Below are positions 45,530-55,596 of a DNA stretch of 64,000 nucleotides, one piece after another. A program made the translations under genes and the position numbers. Position 1 is the stretch's first letter. Each line of letters begins with the position of its first letter. The DNA is from a virus, in the IMG/VR virus record IMGVR_UViG_3300047489_000453, positions 64,001 to 128,000 of that record, one strand, 5' to 3'. The notes beneath the pieces are model-generated. The model had not been told where the DNA came from, searched no databases, and was given only the letters and a program-made list of their open reading frames with translations.

Positions 45530-46112
45530 CTGCTAGAGCGCAAACATATACGGAATCGGCTATGTTATCAACTCCAGAACTTTCATATCCTTCAGGGTCA
45601 AAGTCAAATCCAAACTCGTTATTACAAGCTTTGATTATATCTACCTTGTTGGCATTACCTTTTCCAGTTGCTCTTTTCTTTATAGTACCTATAGGCATTC
45701 CAGTGCAGGGTACACTGTTTTCTTCGGCCCAAGTGCTTACTGTGGCTTTGAGGGCTCCAAACCATTCGCAGGCAGGAGCGGCTCTTGCCAGTAAAGCTCC
45801 GGCACTCATAAAGCCTGTTCCGCTAGGAGGTGTATATCTTACGTCTTCATACGCAATAAGATCAGGTTTTATAGCTGACAAGAAATGCCTCAACCTAATA
45901 AACCTTATAGCGCCGGAATCATACGGCCCAGCCGACAAGTCTAACTGACCGGCATAAATTCTGGACTTGTTTATTCTGTCGTCTACGAAGCAATACGAGT
46001 AGCCGCAGTTCGTTCCAAGGTCTAAGCCTAGCACTGTCGCCATTCCAGTTACTTTGTTTAAAGCAACTTTTTCGGCCAGTTCGTCGGGATATCTTTCTAC
46101 GTTTAGTTTCAT
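45471..46112 (-). CDS. ruvC: RuvC-like Holliday junction resolvase
   Basis: VLGLDLG, IAYEDV, IKK.ATGKGNA.K, DNIADS. Confidence 0.85.
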   Translation of the reverse strand: MKLNVERYPDELAEKVALNKVTGMATVLGLDLGTNCGYSYCFVDDRINKSRIYAGQLDLSAGPYDSGAIRFIRLRHFLSAIKPDLIAYEDVRYTPPSGTGFMSAGALLARAAPACEWFGALKATVSTWAEENSVPCTGMPIGTIKKRATGKGNANKVDIIKACNNEFGFDFDPEGYESSGVDNIADSVYVCALAVEQYGMGFDKRKDNGNESK

Positions 46113-46891
46113 TTAACAGCTTTCATAATTGAATTTTTTGCTGACTCACAAAGTTTTCTGTATTCCTCAAACAAGTAATGCGTAAGTCTGCAGTCGTAAT
46201 CAGCCTCGTGGGCTGACCCAGTCATGTTGTACTTGTTGACTAGGTCGTACTTCTTGGCACAATGCCTGTCTAACGATGAGTATATTCGGCCTCCCTCGTT
46301 AACAAGTCTAGATGTAAAACTAAGCCAGTTATCGTCTTGAAACGGAGTTATTTTACTCTGCAGGCCTCTTTCTATGGCCATGGTGTCAAAGTAATTTATA
46401 CCCATTTTATCAAACTCAAAGTTCTCGTGATCGCCCAGTACTTGTTTTATATTATTATTCAACATTGGCTGGTCGAATCTTAGCCCGTTATGTGCTATCA
46501 GGCTGAAGTTATGGGACTTACAGATTTTTATAATATCCAAAAAATTTGTAAAAGCCTCATGAACAGGGACACCGTCCTTTTTCATTCTTTCAATACTATG
46601 CTTGTATGCCAGCTCTTGGTTATTGCTACGAGCCTGCATGTTGGCTCGGGTTGTAGCCATTCTGTTTTCAAGCCAGTCGCAAAAATGCTTATCTTTGTTA
46701 TGTGTCCAGTCTGGAGTATAGTTGGAGCACTCAATAAGCTCTTTGTTGACTACAACGGCGTATCCTAGTTGAACCACTAGGTCGTTATTGAAGTCCAGGC
46801 CTGTTGTTTCAATATCAAAAACCAAATAGTTTACTGGCAGAGGTCCAAGCTTGGACACTGTCTGCAGTAACCATATACTGCCGTCATCCAT
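46109..46891 (-). CDS. DEDDh 3'-5' exonuclease (DnaQ-like)
   Basis: VFDIETTG, AHNG..FD, AHEA.YD. Confidence 0.88.
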   Translation of the reverse strand: MDDGSIWLLQTVSKLGPLPVNYLVFDIETTGLDFNNDLVVQLGYAVVVNKELIECSNYTPDWTHNKDKHFCDWLENRMATTRANMQARSNNQELAYKHSIERMKKDGVPVHEAFTNFLDIIKICKSHNFSLIAHNGLRFDQPMLNNNIKQVLGDHENFEFDKMGINYFDTMAIERGLQSKITPFQDDNWLSFTSRLVNEGGRIYSSLDRHCAKKYDLVNKYNMTGSAHEADYDCRLTHYLFEEYRKLCESAKNSIMKAVK

Positions 46892-46906
46892 GACTATCCG
46901 ATCGCA

Positions 46907-47404
46907 CTAGAACCAGGAACTTATCTTTCTAAGAATCCGTCCCAAGAAAGATTTATTCCCTAAACATAAATTATTGGCTGCCTTGACGGCCTGCTCCTCA
47001 AATCTCTTGTCATTGAGCGGAGACGGCTCATCTTCAACAAGTACGTCTCTTATGCCAAGATAAAAGGCAGCCAGCATAGTTTCTCCCATGGCAGCGTAAG
47101 CCAGTGTCCTTGCGTCAGGGCTGCAATCAAATAAGCCACTGGCCTGGGCCGCTTCCTTGGGATTATTTGGGCATTCTTCAGGCTTATTGCACATGGCCAT
47201 AAAAGTGGCCAAGGCCTTAGCCGTTTTAAGAAGTTCTTCGTCGCTTATCTTGTTCTTGTCTATAAAAGACAGCGCCCAGGCCTCGCCTGTTCCGCTAGCT
47301 ATTCTGTCCATGGCTGCTCGCATTATCCAGGGCCAGCAGTACGCTATATCCCTGCTGGGGTTGTACCTTCTCTTGTCTACGTGCCCTAGGATATTGGTGG
47401 CCAT
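46907..47404 (-). CDS. Hypothetical protein
   Basis: ORF track. Confidence 0.6.
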   Translation of the reverse strand: MATNILGHVDKRRYNPSRDIAYCWPWIMRAAMDRIASGTGEAWALSFIDKNKISDEELLKTAKALATFMAMCNKPEECPNNPKEAAQASGLFDCSPDARTLAYAAMGETMLAAFYLGIRDVLVEDEPSPLNDKRFEEQAVKAANNLCLGNKSFLGRILRKISSWF

Positions 47405-47409
47405 AGTAT

Positions 47410-48087
47410 TTAGTCCTCGCTATTCCAATGTTTAAAACTATCAGGAAACGCTCTTTCAGCTATACTGGACATGCATTCGGCGTATTTTCTTATCTCGTAT
47501 TGGGCAGCCGTACTATTTCTAAGTGATAAGAAATGCATCAAAGACCTAAGATTACACGAAGCGAACATAGCGGTATAAGTGCATACCGGCAGAACTCCTC
47601 TGGCAATCTCTCTGGCTACTCCCGCCTCTATTAGACTGTTGTATGTCTCGGCAGCCTTTTCATTCTGCTCTACATACAATTTGTCTAAAGCTACGTCTTT
47701 AAATTCTCCTTCGGACGCTTGTTTGTTAGTCTTTGACTGGTATCTCCAGTTAACGGGCTTATAGAACTCCAAGGGCACTGTCTCATTCATTTTTAAATAG
47801 CGCATACTCCATTCGTTGTAACTCCAGCCCGCTCTGTGTCTGTGCCACTCTCTTAGCACAAATATAGGGGCTTTTACAAAAAACTTAAGGAAAGTATGTT
47901 CAAATGGAGAACCGTGATTATTCTTTATAAGGTACTTTATTAATTTGCTGTCCTGCTCTGTTAGTGTTTCTGACTCCTTGGCGTAGCTGACCCTAGCACA
48001 GTTAACTACATCCAAGTCAGAACCAGAATAGGATACTAACTGCAGCTTTGAAATTCCGTCGCCTAAAGGATCCATAACCTCAATCAT
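47410..48087 (-). CDS. thyX: Flavin-dependent thymidylate synthase
   Basis: ARVSY, H.SPFEH, RHR...SYNE.S.RY, EIAR.VLP, NLRSLMHFL.LR...AQYEIR. Confidence 0.95.
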   Translation of the reverse strand: MIEVMDPLGDGISKLQLVSYSGSDLDVVNCARVSYAKESETLTEQDSKLIKYLIKNNHGSPFEHTFLKFFVKAPIFVLREWHRHRAGWSYNEWSMRYLKMNETVPLEFYKPVNWRYQSKTNKQASEGEFKDVALDKLYVEQNEKAAETYNSLIEAGVAREIARGVLPVCTYTAMFASCNLRSLMHFLSLRNSTAAQYEIRKYAECMSSIAERAFPDSFKHWNSED

Positions 48088-48098
48088 AATAGCGCTTT

Positions 48099-49055
48099 CT
48101 AGTCGTTGTTCGACTTAATAAGGTCTAAGCTTAACGAGGCTGCACAATTTATGCAATAGCCTGATTTATCCGCGTCCATCCATTCAAGATGATTGCATTT
48201 TTTACATTCCCCAGAAATATAAGATTTTCTTTTAACAGCAGCCTCACATTGATCTGCTCCGGCCGGGCACCTGTGGCAGTGCAGGCTCTTTGGCATACTA
48301 AGCGGGCACGTAAAATCGTCACTAGGATGAATGTTTCTAAATCTTTTCTTTAATAAGGATCTATTTTGATTTACCAGATAGTCTGAACAAAAGAACTTTG
48401 TGTAATCAGGCTTATCGCCTTTTACAGACAAATGGTCAAAGTAGCCAAAAAAGTACAGGCCGAACATATACGATTCATCTAGAAAAGGATAGCTAGAGAC
48501 TGCTCTTGATGTAGGAGAAGACACAGGTCTGCTAAAGCCCATTCTGTATCTGGCAAAATTAAACATATCTGTCGACCAGAACTTCTTTATTCTAATTCCG
48601 CTGGCTGGTCCGCTGTGGATGTCTAAGTCAAGCCAAGCACCGCGCTGAGTAGTGCCGTCCTTAAAAGTTCTTATGGCCCTTTCTACACCTATTATTTGAA
48701 TAAGACCCCAGTCAGACCTGGATCTCCAGTCATTGTCGTATATAGGGTTGCCGGACATAACATAATCAAAGTTGCCGGCTATCCTGGTCGCTATTGTCTT
48801 TATGTCTTTAGCTGTAAGAGGCTGTCTTACATATTTGATAAGCAAGTCCTGGGCGCATGTAAGGTTTATACAGGACTTCGGAATACAAAACGCCAAAGCA
48901 TTAGTAGCCCTATCAAAATTATTATCGGCAAGGACGTTACCAGAAAAAGGGTTAAGAGAATCAGAAACTCTTTTCCTGACGTCCTGTATTTTGAAGATAG
49001 AAATCTTAACTTCTTCATGCTTAAAATCCTTTTTTGACATGTGGCCTCCAATCAT
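48099..49055 (-). CDS. Hypothetical protein with Cys-rich (Zn-binding) C-terminus
   Basis: CHRC, CKKC and CINC motifs. Confidence 0.6.
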   Translation of the reverse strand: MIGGHMSKKDFKHEEVKISIFKIQDVRKRVSDSLNPFSGNVLADNNFDRATNALAFCIPKSCINLTCAQDLLIKYVRQPLTAKDIKTIATRIAGNFDYVMSGNPIYDNDWRSRSDWGLIQIIGVERAIRTFKDGTTQRGAWLDLDIHSGPASGIRIKKFWSTDMFNFARYRMGFSRPVSSPTSRAVSSYPFLDESYMFGLYFFGYFDHLSVKGDKPDYTKFFCSDYLVNQNRSLLKKRFRNIHPSDDFTCPLSMPKSLHCHRCPAGADQCEAAVKRKSYISGECKKCNHLEWMDADKSGYCINCAASLSLDLIKSNND

Positions 49056-49774
49056 AGCCCTATGGGCGGCTCATCGTAGCCCCTTCTCTTTGAGGCTGAT
49101 TCTTTTCCGTTCTCGTCTGCGTTTATAGCTATACCTTTGTTAAATTTTTTAAGTCTAAGTCCTTCATGCTTTATAAGCTCTCCAAGCAATACATCACCGC
49201 CCCTATGCTTTAGATCTTTATGTGGCCAGTCGTATTTACTTAGTAAGCTTGACTTTATAGACCACCAACCGCCTGTTGCAAAAAGCGTCCTATTAGACAC
49301 CATGCTAGGCTTGAACCACGAACAGTGGAGACGTCTCCACTCATTTTGTTTTGGAAAAGATATTACCTGATACAGGGACCCTATCATGTCTGCCATTGTC
49401 TCTACCATGAAGTTCTCAACTTCTGTGAGCCACTTGACTGGACTAGGATCTTTTATATAGCTATCGTCATCAAACCACATTACATAATCTGTAGTTATTG
49501 GATCTGTTTTCCAGAGTAGCTCTCTCATCGCTGGATACTTATAGATCTGTGGATTATTTTCTAAGGTTATAAGTCTTTCGGGCTTTTCAAATAATTTTTT
49601 TATTACGCTTCTAGTCCTGTCGGATATCTCGTTACAGGATATTCTCACAGGCGTGCCATTATTATAAAGCTCGCTTATAGGCTTTAAGCACCTATAAGCG
49701 AGCTCAGGATAGTCTCCGTATAGAAGACAGCATACAGTGGTAGACCATCTAGATGGTCGTAATTCACTAGTCAT
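49052..49774 (-). CDS. Glycosyltransferase family 2-like protein
   Basis: YVMWFDDDS; GGD..LGE. Confidence 0.65.
   Translation of the reverse strand: MTSELRPSRWSTTVCCLLYGDYPELAYRCLKPISELYNNGTPVRISCNEISDRTRSVIKKLFEKPERLITLENNPQIYKYPAMRELLWKTDPITTDYVMWFDDDSYIKDPSPVKWLTEVENFMVETMADMIGSLYQVISFPKQNEWRRLHCSWFKPSMVSNRTLFATGGWWSIKSSLLSKYDWPHKDLKHRGGDVLLGELIKHEGLRLKKFNKGIAINADENGKESASKRRGYDEPPIGL
49325..49340. repeat. Perfect palindrome GTGGAGACGTCTCCAC
   Basis: Exact consensus; inside a CDS. Confidence 0.85.
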
Positions 49775-49775
49775 G

Positions 49776-50708
49776 TTAACGGGCTATTTTGCTCTTTCCA
49801 GACCTTGATGAAGAATCGTCTCTCTTCTCCGAGGTCTTCTTTCTTTCAGAGCTGTTCTTGATGATGGTGCCAGGAATTTTTCCTGTATACTCCGTAACTC
49901 TATCAATAAGCTCCGCAAGATTCTCAAGGCCCTCATTTACAGAGGCGGCCTGTTGAGCAAAAAGCTTTAAGTCCTCATCAGAGCCTGTTTCAATAGCCTC
50001 ATTTACGTCAGATAGAAGCTCATCGACTTTTGTCTTAAGCTTAAGGCCGTACCTACAGCTGCCGGTTATTATCTGTTTAAATAGAGACTTAACATTAGCC
50101 CTAACGTTATTTACCTTCTTTGCCTTCTTATTACCATATACGAGCTTAACTTCTGCAGCCAAAGCCCTTACTGATAACTTGTTCTCTACGGCAAGATTGA
50201 TCATCTTTCGCCTATCCTCGTGAGGATCGGTAGAGGACGAAGACTCTGGAATGTGAAGAACATTTACAAAGTGCGACCAAGTCAGGGTCATGCCTTTGTT
50301 TTCTGCTCCGTCAAGAACGGTCTCAAGCTCTTTCTTATTAACGTACATATTGCTGAATTTGATGGTCTTATACATGGTTGACCTATCAACTCCAAGCGCT
50401 GTCGCCATTAGATTAACGGCAGCCTCACCGTATTTTGGATTTCTATTAATCTCAGCTGCTACTGAGCCCCTGTCGTAGTTGAAAGTCACGATATCGCCCC
50501 TATGGTCTTTATAGGCTTCCTTTTCTTTTTCATAGATTTGACGAAGACCTTCGTCCATTCCTTCTATTGCTTTCTTTCTAAGCTCAATTTCCGCAGTAGA
50601 CAGCTTGGAGACATCATCGCTAATGGCTTCGTCTGCGTCCACATTATGCTCATTTACAGCGGCTTTGGTTGTTTTCTCAAGTTGTTCAAATTTTTCACTC
50701 ATGCTCAT
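49776..50708 (-). CDS. ParB/DUF1016-like helix-turn-helix DNA-binding protein with coiled coil
   Basis: MATALGVDRSTMY HTH; LTWSHF; AVENKLSVRALAAEV. Confidence 0.55.
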   Translation of the reverse strand: MSMSEKFEQLEKTTKAAVNEHNVDADEAISDDVSKLSTAEIELRKKAIEGMDEGLRQIYEKEKEAYKDHRGDIVTFNYDRGSVAAEINRNPKYGEAAVNLMATALGVDRSTMYKTIKFSNMYVNKKELETVLDGAENKGMTLTWSHFVNVLHIPESSSSTDPHEDRRKMINLAVENKLSVRALAAEVKLVYGNKKAKKVNNVRANVKSLFKQIITGSCRYGLKLKTKVDELLSDVNEAIETGSDEDLKLFAQQAASVNEGLENLAELIDRVTEYTGKIPGTIIKNSSERKKTSEKRDDSSSRSGKSKIAR

Positions 50709-50731
50709 ATGGCACCTCAGGTTTAAAAAAA

Positions 50732-51964
50732 TTACTCTCCGGCAACGTCCGGTAACGATAATTTATTAAAGAAAAGAGCCCAGGCAATCCTTTCTAGCCT
50801 GTCTTTTGAAAAGTAGTTCAAAAGGAGCTGTTCCCTGCATTCCTTAATAATCACATCAATCAAACACATGACCGACTTAGTCGGCCATGTCTTTGATCTT
50901 TCAAATATGGAGAAAGATCCTCCATCAGCGTCTGAGCCAGCAAGCGTCTTTGAAAGACACTTCTTGGCCATCAAGTAAGTCATACCAGCCCTATCGGTAA
51001 GAAACTCTATAAGCTGCTTAAATCTTTCGTCATCTTCTCCGTCGCCTGTAAATCCAAGCGATAGGGCTCTATTGGCTTCTATTCTTTTTTGTAGGCTAGC
51101 CTGCGTGAAGGTAGCGTTACTAAGTCTAGAAGATACCCCGGTTATAAGATTAGAAAGTTTACCTATTAAATCTCGACCTGAATGGGCCACTCGACCAAGT
51201 TTACCATAGGGTGCCGACATCATGGAATCTGTACTATCGATCAGTACTATTGTTGCCTTGATTGCGGCGTCTCCTATTTCGCTATTACTTACTAACAGGC
51301 CTGGAGTTAGGTCACAGTCGTCGTATCCATCGACAGAATATACGATTGATATTTTTCTATCGTATATGAGTGCGGACCTAAAACTGAACTTAATACCAGT
51401 AGCTTCTACTATCGACGATACCGCCGTAAGGAAGTCGTTATTTGAAATCCTTCTATACTTTGCACCTACTACAGCCTCAATAACGCTTGATTGCGTATTA
51501 ATGACAGCTTGGAAGCCAAATAGTCTGCCAAATCTTTTCTTGAGCGCGAGGTTGTATAGAGCGGCCGCTTCGCCTACCGTAAAATCTTCGTCAGGGTCAG
51601 CTTTCATTCTAGACATCTTGTCTGGGTCGTCTGGAAGTCTTCTAAGACCTACAAGATCAGATAAAGAAGAAGCCAAGCCTGAAGACAGAGCCTTGCAGAC
51701 CTGGCGTAAAGCTAACCACGACATCTTTTCACCCGAAATGGTTTTAGCCTTTCGGCTTAAAGCCAGCTGGGTTTCGTCATCTATCATTACAATCTCAGTA
51801 ATCCTCTCCTGGTCAGACAAGTAGTCAACAAGCTTGTTGTACTGGCTGGCAGTGAACATCATGCCGTCAACGTGTACGGCCAGTGACTCAGGATTACTGG
51901 AGTTGTAATTAGCCATTTTCTTTTTCGTCCCAATAATACTCAACGGTCTTTTCACAGAATCCAT
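50732..51964 (-). CDS. DUF932-like protein
   Basis: AVVGAKYRRISN; GLLVSNSEIG. Confidence 0.45.
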   Translation of the reverse strand: MDSVKRPLSIIGTKKKMANYNSSNPESLAVHVDGMMFTASQYNKLVDYLSDQERITEIVMIDDETQLALSRKAKTISGEKMSWLALRQVCKALSSGLASSLSDLVGLRRLPDDPDKMSRMKADPDEDFTVGEAAALYNLALKKRFGRLFGFQAVINTQSSVIEAVVGAKYRRISNNDFLTAVSSIVEATGIKFSFRSALIYDRKISIVYSVDGYDDCDLTPGLLVSNSEIGDAAIKATIVLIDSTDSMMSAPYGKLGRVAHSGRDLIGKLSNLITGVSSRLSNATFTQASLQKRIEANRALSLGFTGDGEDDERFKQLIEFLTDRAGMTYLMAKKCLSKTLAGSDADGGSFSIFERSKTWPTKSVMCLIDVIIKECREQLLLNYFSKDRLERIAWALFFNKLSLPDVAGE

Positions 51965-52295
51965 TCTTATCTGAGCTACCAGAAATGGTTACTGACATAG
52001 AAACGTTGGCTGGCTTGACCATATCAATAAGGGACTTGGCTGCAGAGCTAACAGCTGCACCGAGGTTGTCAATTGTGGGATTTGATCCGATAAGGACGCT
52101 CATCCAGTCCCTATCAAAGTTTTCCCTGTTCTGCTTATCTTCCTCGGTCATATGCTTAGGGCTGGGAGAATATGCCACTTCGACATTGATAAATCTGTCT
52201 CCGTTTCCAGGAGTAGGTTCGCCAGTTGTCTGGCAAGTTCCTGGAATGTTCATAGATTTCCAAAGCCTTACATACAAATTACTTTTATTGCTCAT
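51909..52295 (-). CDS. Possible QueF-like T-fold protein
   Basis: TCQTTGEP..I.V.YSP resembles the QueF C-P-x-T-G-x-P motif. Confidence 0.3.
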   Translation of the reverse strand: MSNKSNLYVRLWKSMNIPGTCQTTGEPTPGNGDRFINVEVAYSPSPKHMTEEDKQNRENFDRDWMSVLIGSNPTIDNLGAAVSSAAKSLIDMVKPANVSMSVTISGSSDKNGFCEKTVEYYWDEKENG

Positions 52296-52307
52296 TGATT
52301 ACTCCAA

Positions 52308-52850
52308 TCATCTAGACCAACTAACTGATTCAAGGAACTGATCGAACGGCTCGATCACAAAAGATTCCTCTTTGCTCAGTGTCCTTACAATCTTCATAGA
52401 ATCACTAACAGAGCTGCCAAGCTTTCCTCCAAACCTGCTAGATTCACAGTTATGCAGGCAGCATAGCTTCCATTTTGGCCAGTTAAAAACAACTACCAAA
52501 GGCTTAGTCATAAAGTCAGGTGCCGACTTCCAGTTGGCTTCTTCCTCCTTCCATGATAAATATAGGTCTGTCTTTTTAAACTTTTTGTACAGGCCGTCCC
52601 ACATGTCTCTGACCCATGGGACTTTCTTATAAACAAGCCTGACAGGAAATCCTGAGAACTCCTCAGAAAACCAGGCCAGCGTCACTCTGGCTGAAGAAGT
52701 CTGCGCTTTACACGCAGACTTCAATTCGGACATTGTTCCTACAGACGGAAACCTGTTAACAAGGACTTTTACTGCTGCCTCGGCTGAAGAGGATTCAGAG
52801 TCTATACCAACAGGCCTGTCTTTAAAAAAGCTGTCTCTGTCGTCAAACAT
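52308..52850 (-). CDS. Hypothetical protein
   Basis: AGGAG RBS. Confidence 0.6.
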   Translation of the reverse strand: MFDDRDSFFKDRPVGIDSESSSAEAAVKVLVNRFPSVGTMSELKSACKAQTSSARVTLAWFSEEFSGFPVRLVYKKVPWVRDMWDGLYKKFKKTDLYLSWKEEEANWKSAPDFMTKPLVVVFNWPKWKLCCLHNCESSRFGGKLGSSVSDSMKIVRTLSKEESFVIEPFDQFLESVSWSR

Positions 52851-52859
52851 TGGAACTCC

Positions 52860-54041
52860 TTAGCTGCACTCGCCAGACATCTGGTCACAGTACGGGACAT
52901 TGATCTTAAATGGAGTCCTTTTTCTTATACCATGCATCTTGTCCAGGCTAAGCCTTACTTCTTCGTTGTCCTCTATAGCTTGCCCGATTTCAGTCCAGCT
53001 GGTCTTGTTAAGCCCTAAGAGAGAACAATCTGCTGTCTTTCTGGCCTTGTCTATGTTTTCAAGGCCTAAGAACGAACACACTCTACCTTTTCTTGTAGGG
53101 GACATGGCGTTGATGACCGCTATAGAGGCTTCATGCCAATCCCATACTGTATGCTGTAGCCCATTCTCATCATGGGTCCACTTCATAGACACAGTTATCT
53201 CTCTGTTCTCACCAGCGTTACTTAGTGAGTTCTTCTCCATGACAAGCTCGACGATCCTTATGGATTCATTAAGCTTTTCAATCTTTTCTTTCAAAGACGT
53301 GTATATCTTCATGGTGGCGTGATAGGTTAGGGCCTCTCCGCCGGGAATTCTCTTTATGTTGAACCCCCTGGTATCCTTAGATATCTTTACGTGATTTACG
53401 CCTATGAAGCTAAATGGCCATATTCTCAGCTCATTGAACATAAACTTACAGTAGGTATTTATAAGATTGGCACCTTTGGCAAATCCTATGGAGGCGTGAC
53501 CTTGCTCCCATATGTCGCTGATATCAGAGTCGGTTGTAACGCCTGTAAGCGAATCAACTCCAATAGCTACGGGGAACGGGCACCCGCCTAGTACAGGATA
53601 CATGTCCCTTCCTTTTTTCATCCAAGAGGTAATGCTCTTCTGCCATTCCTCTATAGACCCGCATAAGTTGGTAGGAAAGTTTTTATCTCTACTATGGCCA
53701 ATTATGCTAGCCCTAAGGTCAGGGGTATCTCTTGCTTCAGTAAGGTTGTAGACATAACCACCGCTGTTATCTACGTGCCATTTAAACATTTCAAACAAGA
53801 AAGCCGTTTTGCACGAACCACTAGGGCCGTACAGCTCTGTCATTCTTGATAAAGGGAAACAGTCATTTTGAAAAAAGTACCTTAGACTAAAGGCTTTTAA
53901 TGGAAGACCTATAACGACTTCCTGTGACTCGTCCCCTATGTACACATCATTTCTACCCAGGCTGTTCTGTGATGAGCTCATCTGTGAAGAGAAGAAGTCA
54001 GTTAAAGTACCTTGTGCAATTTCAGCTTTCTTTTTAGCCAT
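52860..54041 (-). CDS. RecA/UvsX-like recombinase
   Basis: RMTELYGPSGSCKT, GVDSL, NH, PGGEAL.YHA, KN. Confidence 0.8.
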   Translation of the reverse strand: MAKKKAEIAQGTLTDFFSSQMSSSQNSLGRNDVYIGDESQEVVIGLPLKAFSLRYFFQNDCFPLSRMTELYGPSGSCKTAFLFEMFKWHVDNSGGYVYNLTEARDTPDLRASIIGHSRDKNFPTNLCGSIEEWQKSITSWMKKGRDMYPVLGGCPFPVAIGVDSLTGVTTDSDISDIWEQGHASIGFAKGANLINTYCKFMFNELRIWPFSFIGVNHVKISKDTRGFNIKRIPGGEALTYHATMKIYTSLKEKIEKLNESIRIVELVMEKNSLSNAGENREITVSMKWTHDENGLQHTVWDWHEASIAVINAMSPTRKGRVCSFLGLENIDKARKTADCSLLGLNKTSWTEIGQAIEDNEEVRLSLDKMHGIRKRTPFKINVPYCDQMSGECS

Positions 54042-54082
54042 GATTACCTCTATGAAAAATTATGAATAGTTATGAGATTAGG

Positions 54083-54115
54083 TAAAACTCCCCGGCTTAA
54101 AACCGGGGAGTTTTA
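54083..54115. terminator. Intrinsic terminator
   Basis: TAAAACTCCCCGG/CCGGGGAGTTTTA. Confidence 0.8.
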
Positions 54116-54123
54116 AATAGTTA

Positions 54124-55596
54124 TTACTGACCAGATACGTTGTTGTTCTGTCTAGCTCGCCTTAGTTTTTCTTTGATGTCATCTCGGATCTTTTCAGCTC
54201 CTTCAGACGACTCAGAGATACTATGGCTGATAATGCTGGACAAATCAGACATGTTATTTATAAGTGGAGCCACCTGCTCTTGAAGAGGAGTAGGGGCCAC
54301 TGGGAAAGGAGGACGTCCTTGAACAGCAGGCGATGCTGGGAAAGGATAAGTAGGAAGCTCTGGAACCTGTGGAACCTGTTGAACAGGTGCAGGTACCGCA
54401 GGAACTTGATACGGGACAGCAGGTTGCTGATAGGCATAAGGCTGAGCCATAGGCTGAGGAACAGGCTGCTGAGCCGGTTGCCACTGCAATCCTGGATTGG
54501 CTACTGTAGTTGCCATAAGCCCTACCTGCCTTAAGAACTCGCTTCCAAAGGAAACAAAATCTGCGGGCAGCAGTCTTTCGTATCTATCCCTGAGTGCATG
54601 AACAACTAATCCAGCACTTGCTGGGTTATCGCGCATGCTGTCTATAATAAACCTTACCTGCTCTTCATCTGAAGGGAAGGACAGTGAGTCCCTGATTGGA
54701 GTTGCCACTCTCTTGGCGATCATGGCAATTTCTTCATTGTTGAAAGTAGCAGGAACTCCCCTGTGGGATTTGGTAAGAATGCAGTCATAACCAATAGGCT
54801 TCATCTTTGAGTTGTATGAAGACATAGGCTGCTGAGGCTTCATGGCCTCGTAGCCTCTAGGCACGAATCCCATTTCAAAGAACATCATGAACGAGCCTTC
54901 GGTAAGGCTCACAAAGTCACCATGTTTGAATCTGAGATTTGGATCTTCAGACGTTACTCCGCTAGGGCTGTTGATTTCCCTATTCATAGCAGTCCATGCT
55001 GATTTTTTAAGAAGCATGAATACTGTTTGGTGAGTAGGAGCCAAGCCGTCTGGAGGAGTATTAGGTTGGCCTTTATATTCATAAATGGCGCACCTTACAA
55101 GAAGAGCTGTATCCGGCCTTGAGATAAGAGCCGACCTTCCCTGGCCGCCTTTAAGCATAAGCGCCCATTCCTGAGGGCCTCTCATCTTGCCGTTCTCTAC
55201 CTGCTTTACCAGATCATAAATAATAACCGCAGGGTTATTGCGGGTATCATAATGTCTGTCTTCGGGGTCGTAAGCTATCCATGACTTCTGTGGGTTACCA
55301 AATCCAAGTACCATAGAAGCAGCGTAGAACCAACCCGAGAAGTCGTTCTCCGTGTATCTTGATGGTTGGAAATTATTACCCTGGATACAGGGAAAAACTC
55401 TGATGACAGTAGGGTCCGATTTTGACCATGAAGGCCGCTTAATCATGCCAGAGCCTGGCTTAAGAATATGATCCCCTCTGTTAGACTCCCTAGCAGCATT
55501 TTCGCTAGGCATTTTAAAACCTTGAAAACCAGTCATTGAAACCTCCGAAAAATTTCGACCGTAAAAACGGTCTGGCCACAAAAAAATAAGTAACAC
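54124..55596 (-). CDS. Hypothetical protein, possibly ssDNA-binding (start probably MTGFQG at 55536)
   Basis: Upstream of the RecA-like gene; P/Q-rich linker; GGAGGT RBS before the internal Met. Confidence 0.45.
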   Translation of the reverse strand: MLLIFLWPDRFYGRNFSEVSMTGFQGFKMPSENAARESNRGDHILKPGSGMIKRPSWSKSDPTVIRVFPCIQGNNFQPSRYTENDFSGWFYAASMVLGFGNPQKSWIAYDPEDRHYDTRNNPAVIIYDLVKQVENGKMRGPQEWALMLKGGQGRSALISRPDTALLVRCAIYEYKGQPNTPPDGLAPTHQTVFMLLKKSAWTAMNREINSPSGVTSEDPNLRFKHGDFVSLTEGSFMMFFEMGFVPRGYEAMKPQQPMSSYNSKMKPIGYDCILTKSHRGVPATFNNEEIAMIAKRVATPIRDSLSFPSDEEQVRFIIDSMRDNPASAGLVVHALRDRYERLLPADFVSFGSEFLRQVGLMATTVANPGLQWQPAQQPVPQPMAQPYAYQQPAVPYQVPAVPAPVQQVPQVPELPTYPFPASPAVQGRPPFPVAPTPLQEQVAPLINNMSDLSSIISHSISESSEGAEKIRDDIKEKLRRARQNNNVSGQ

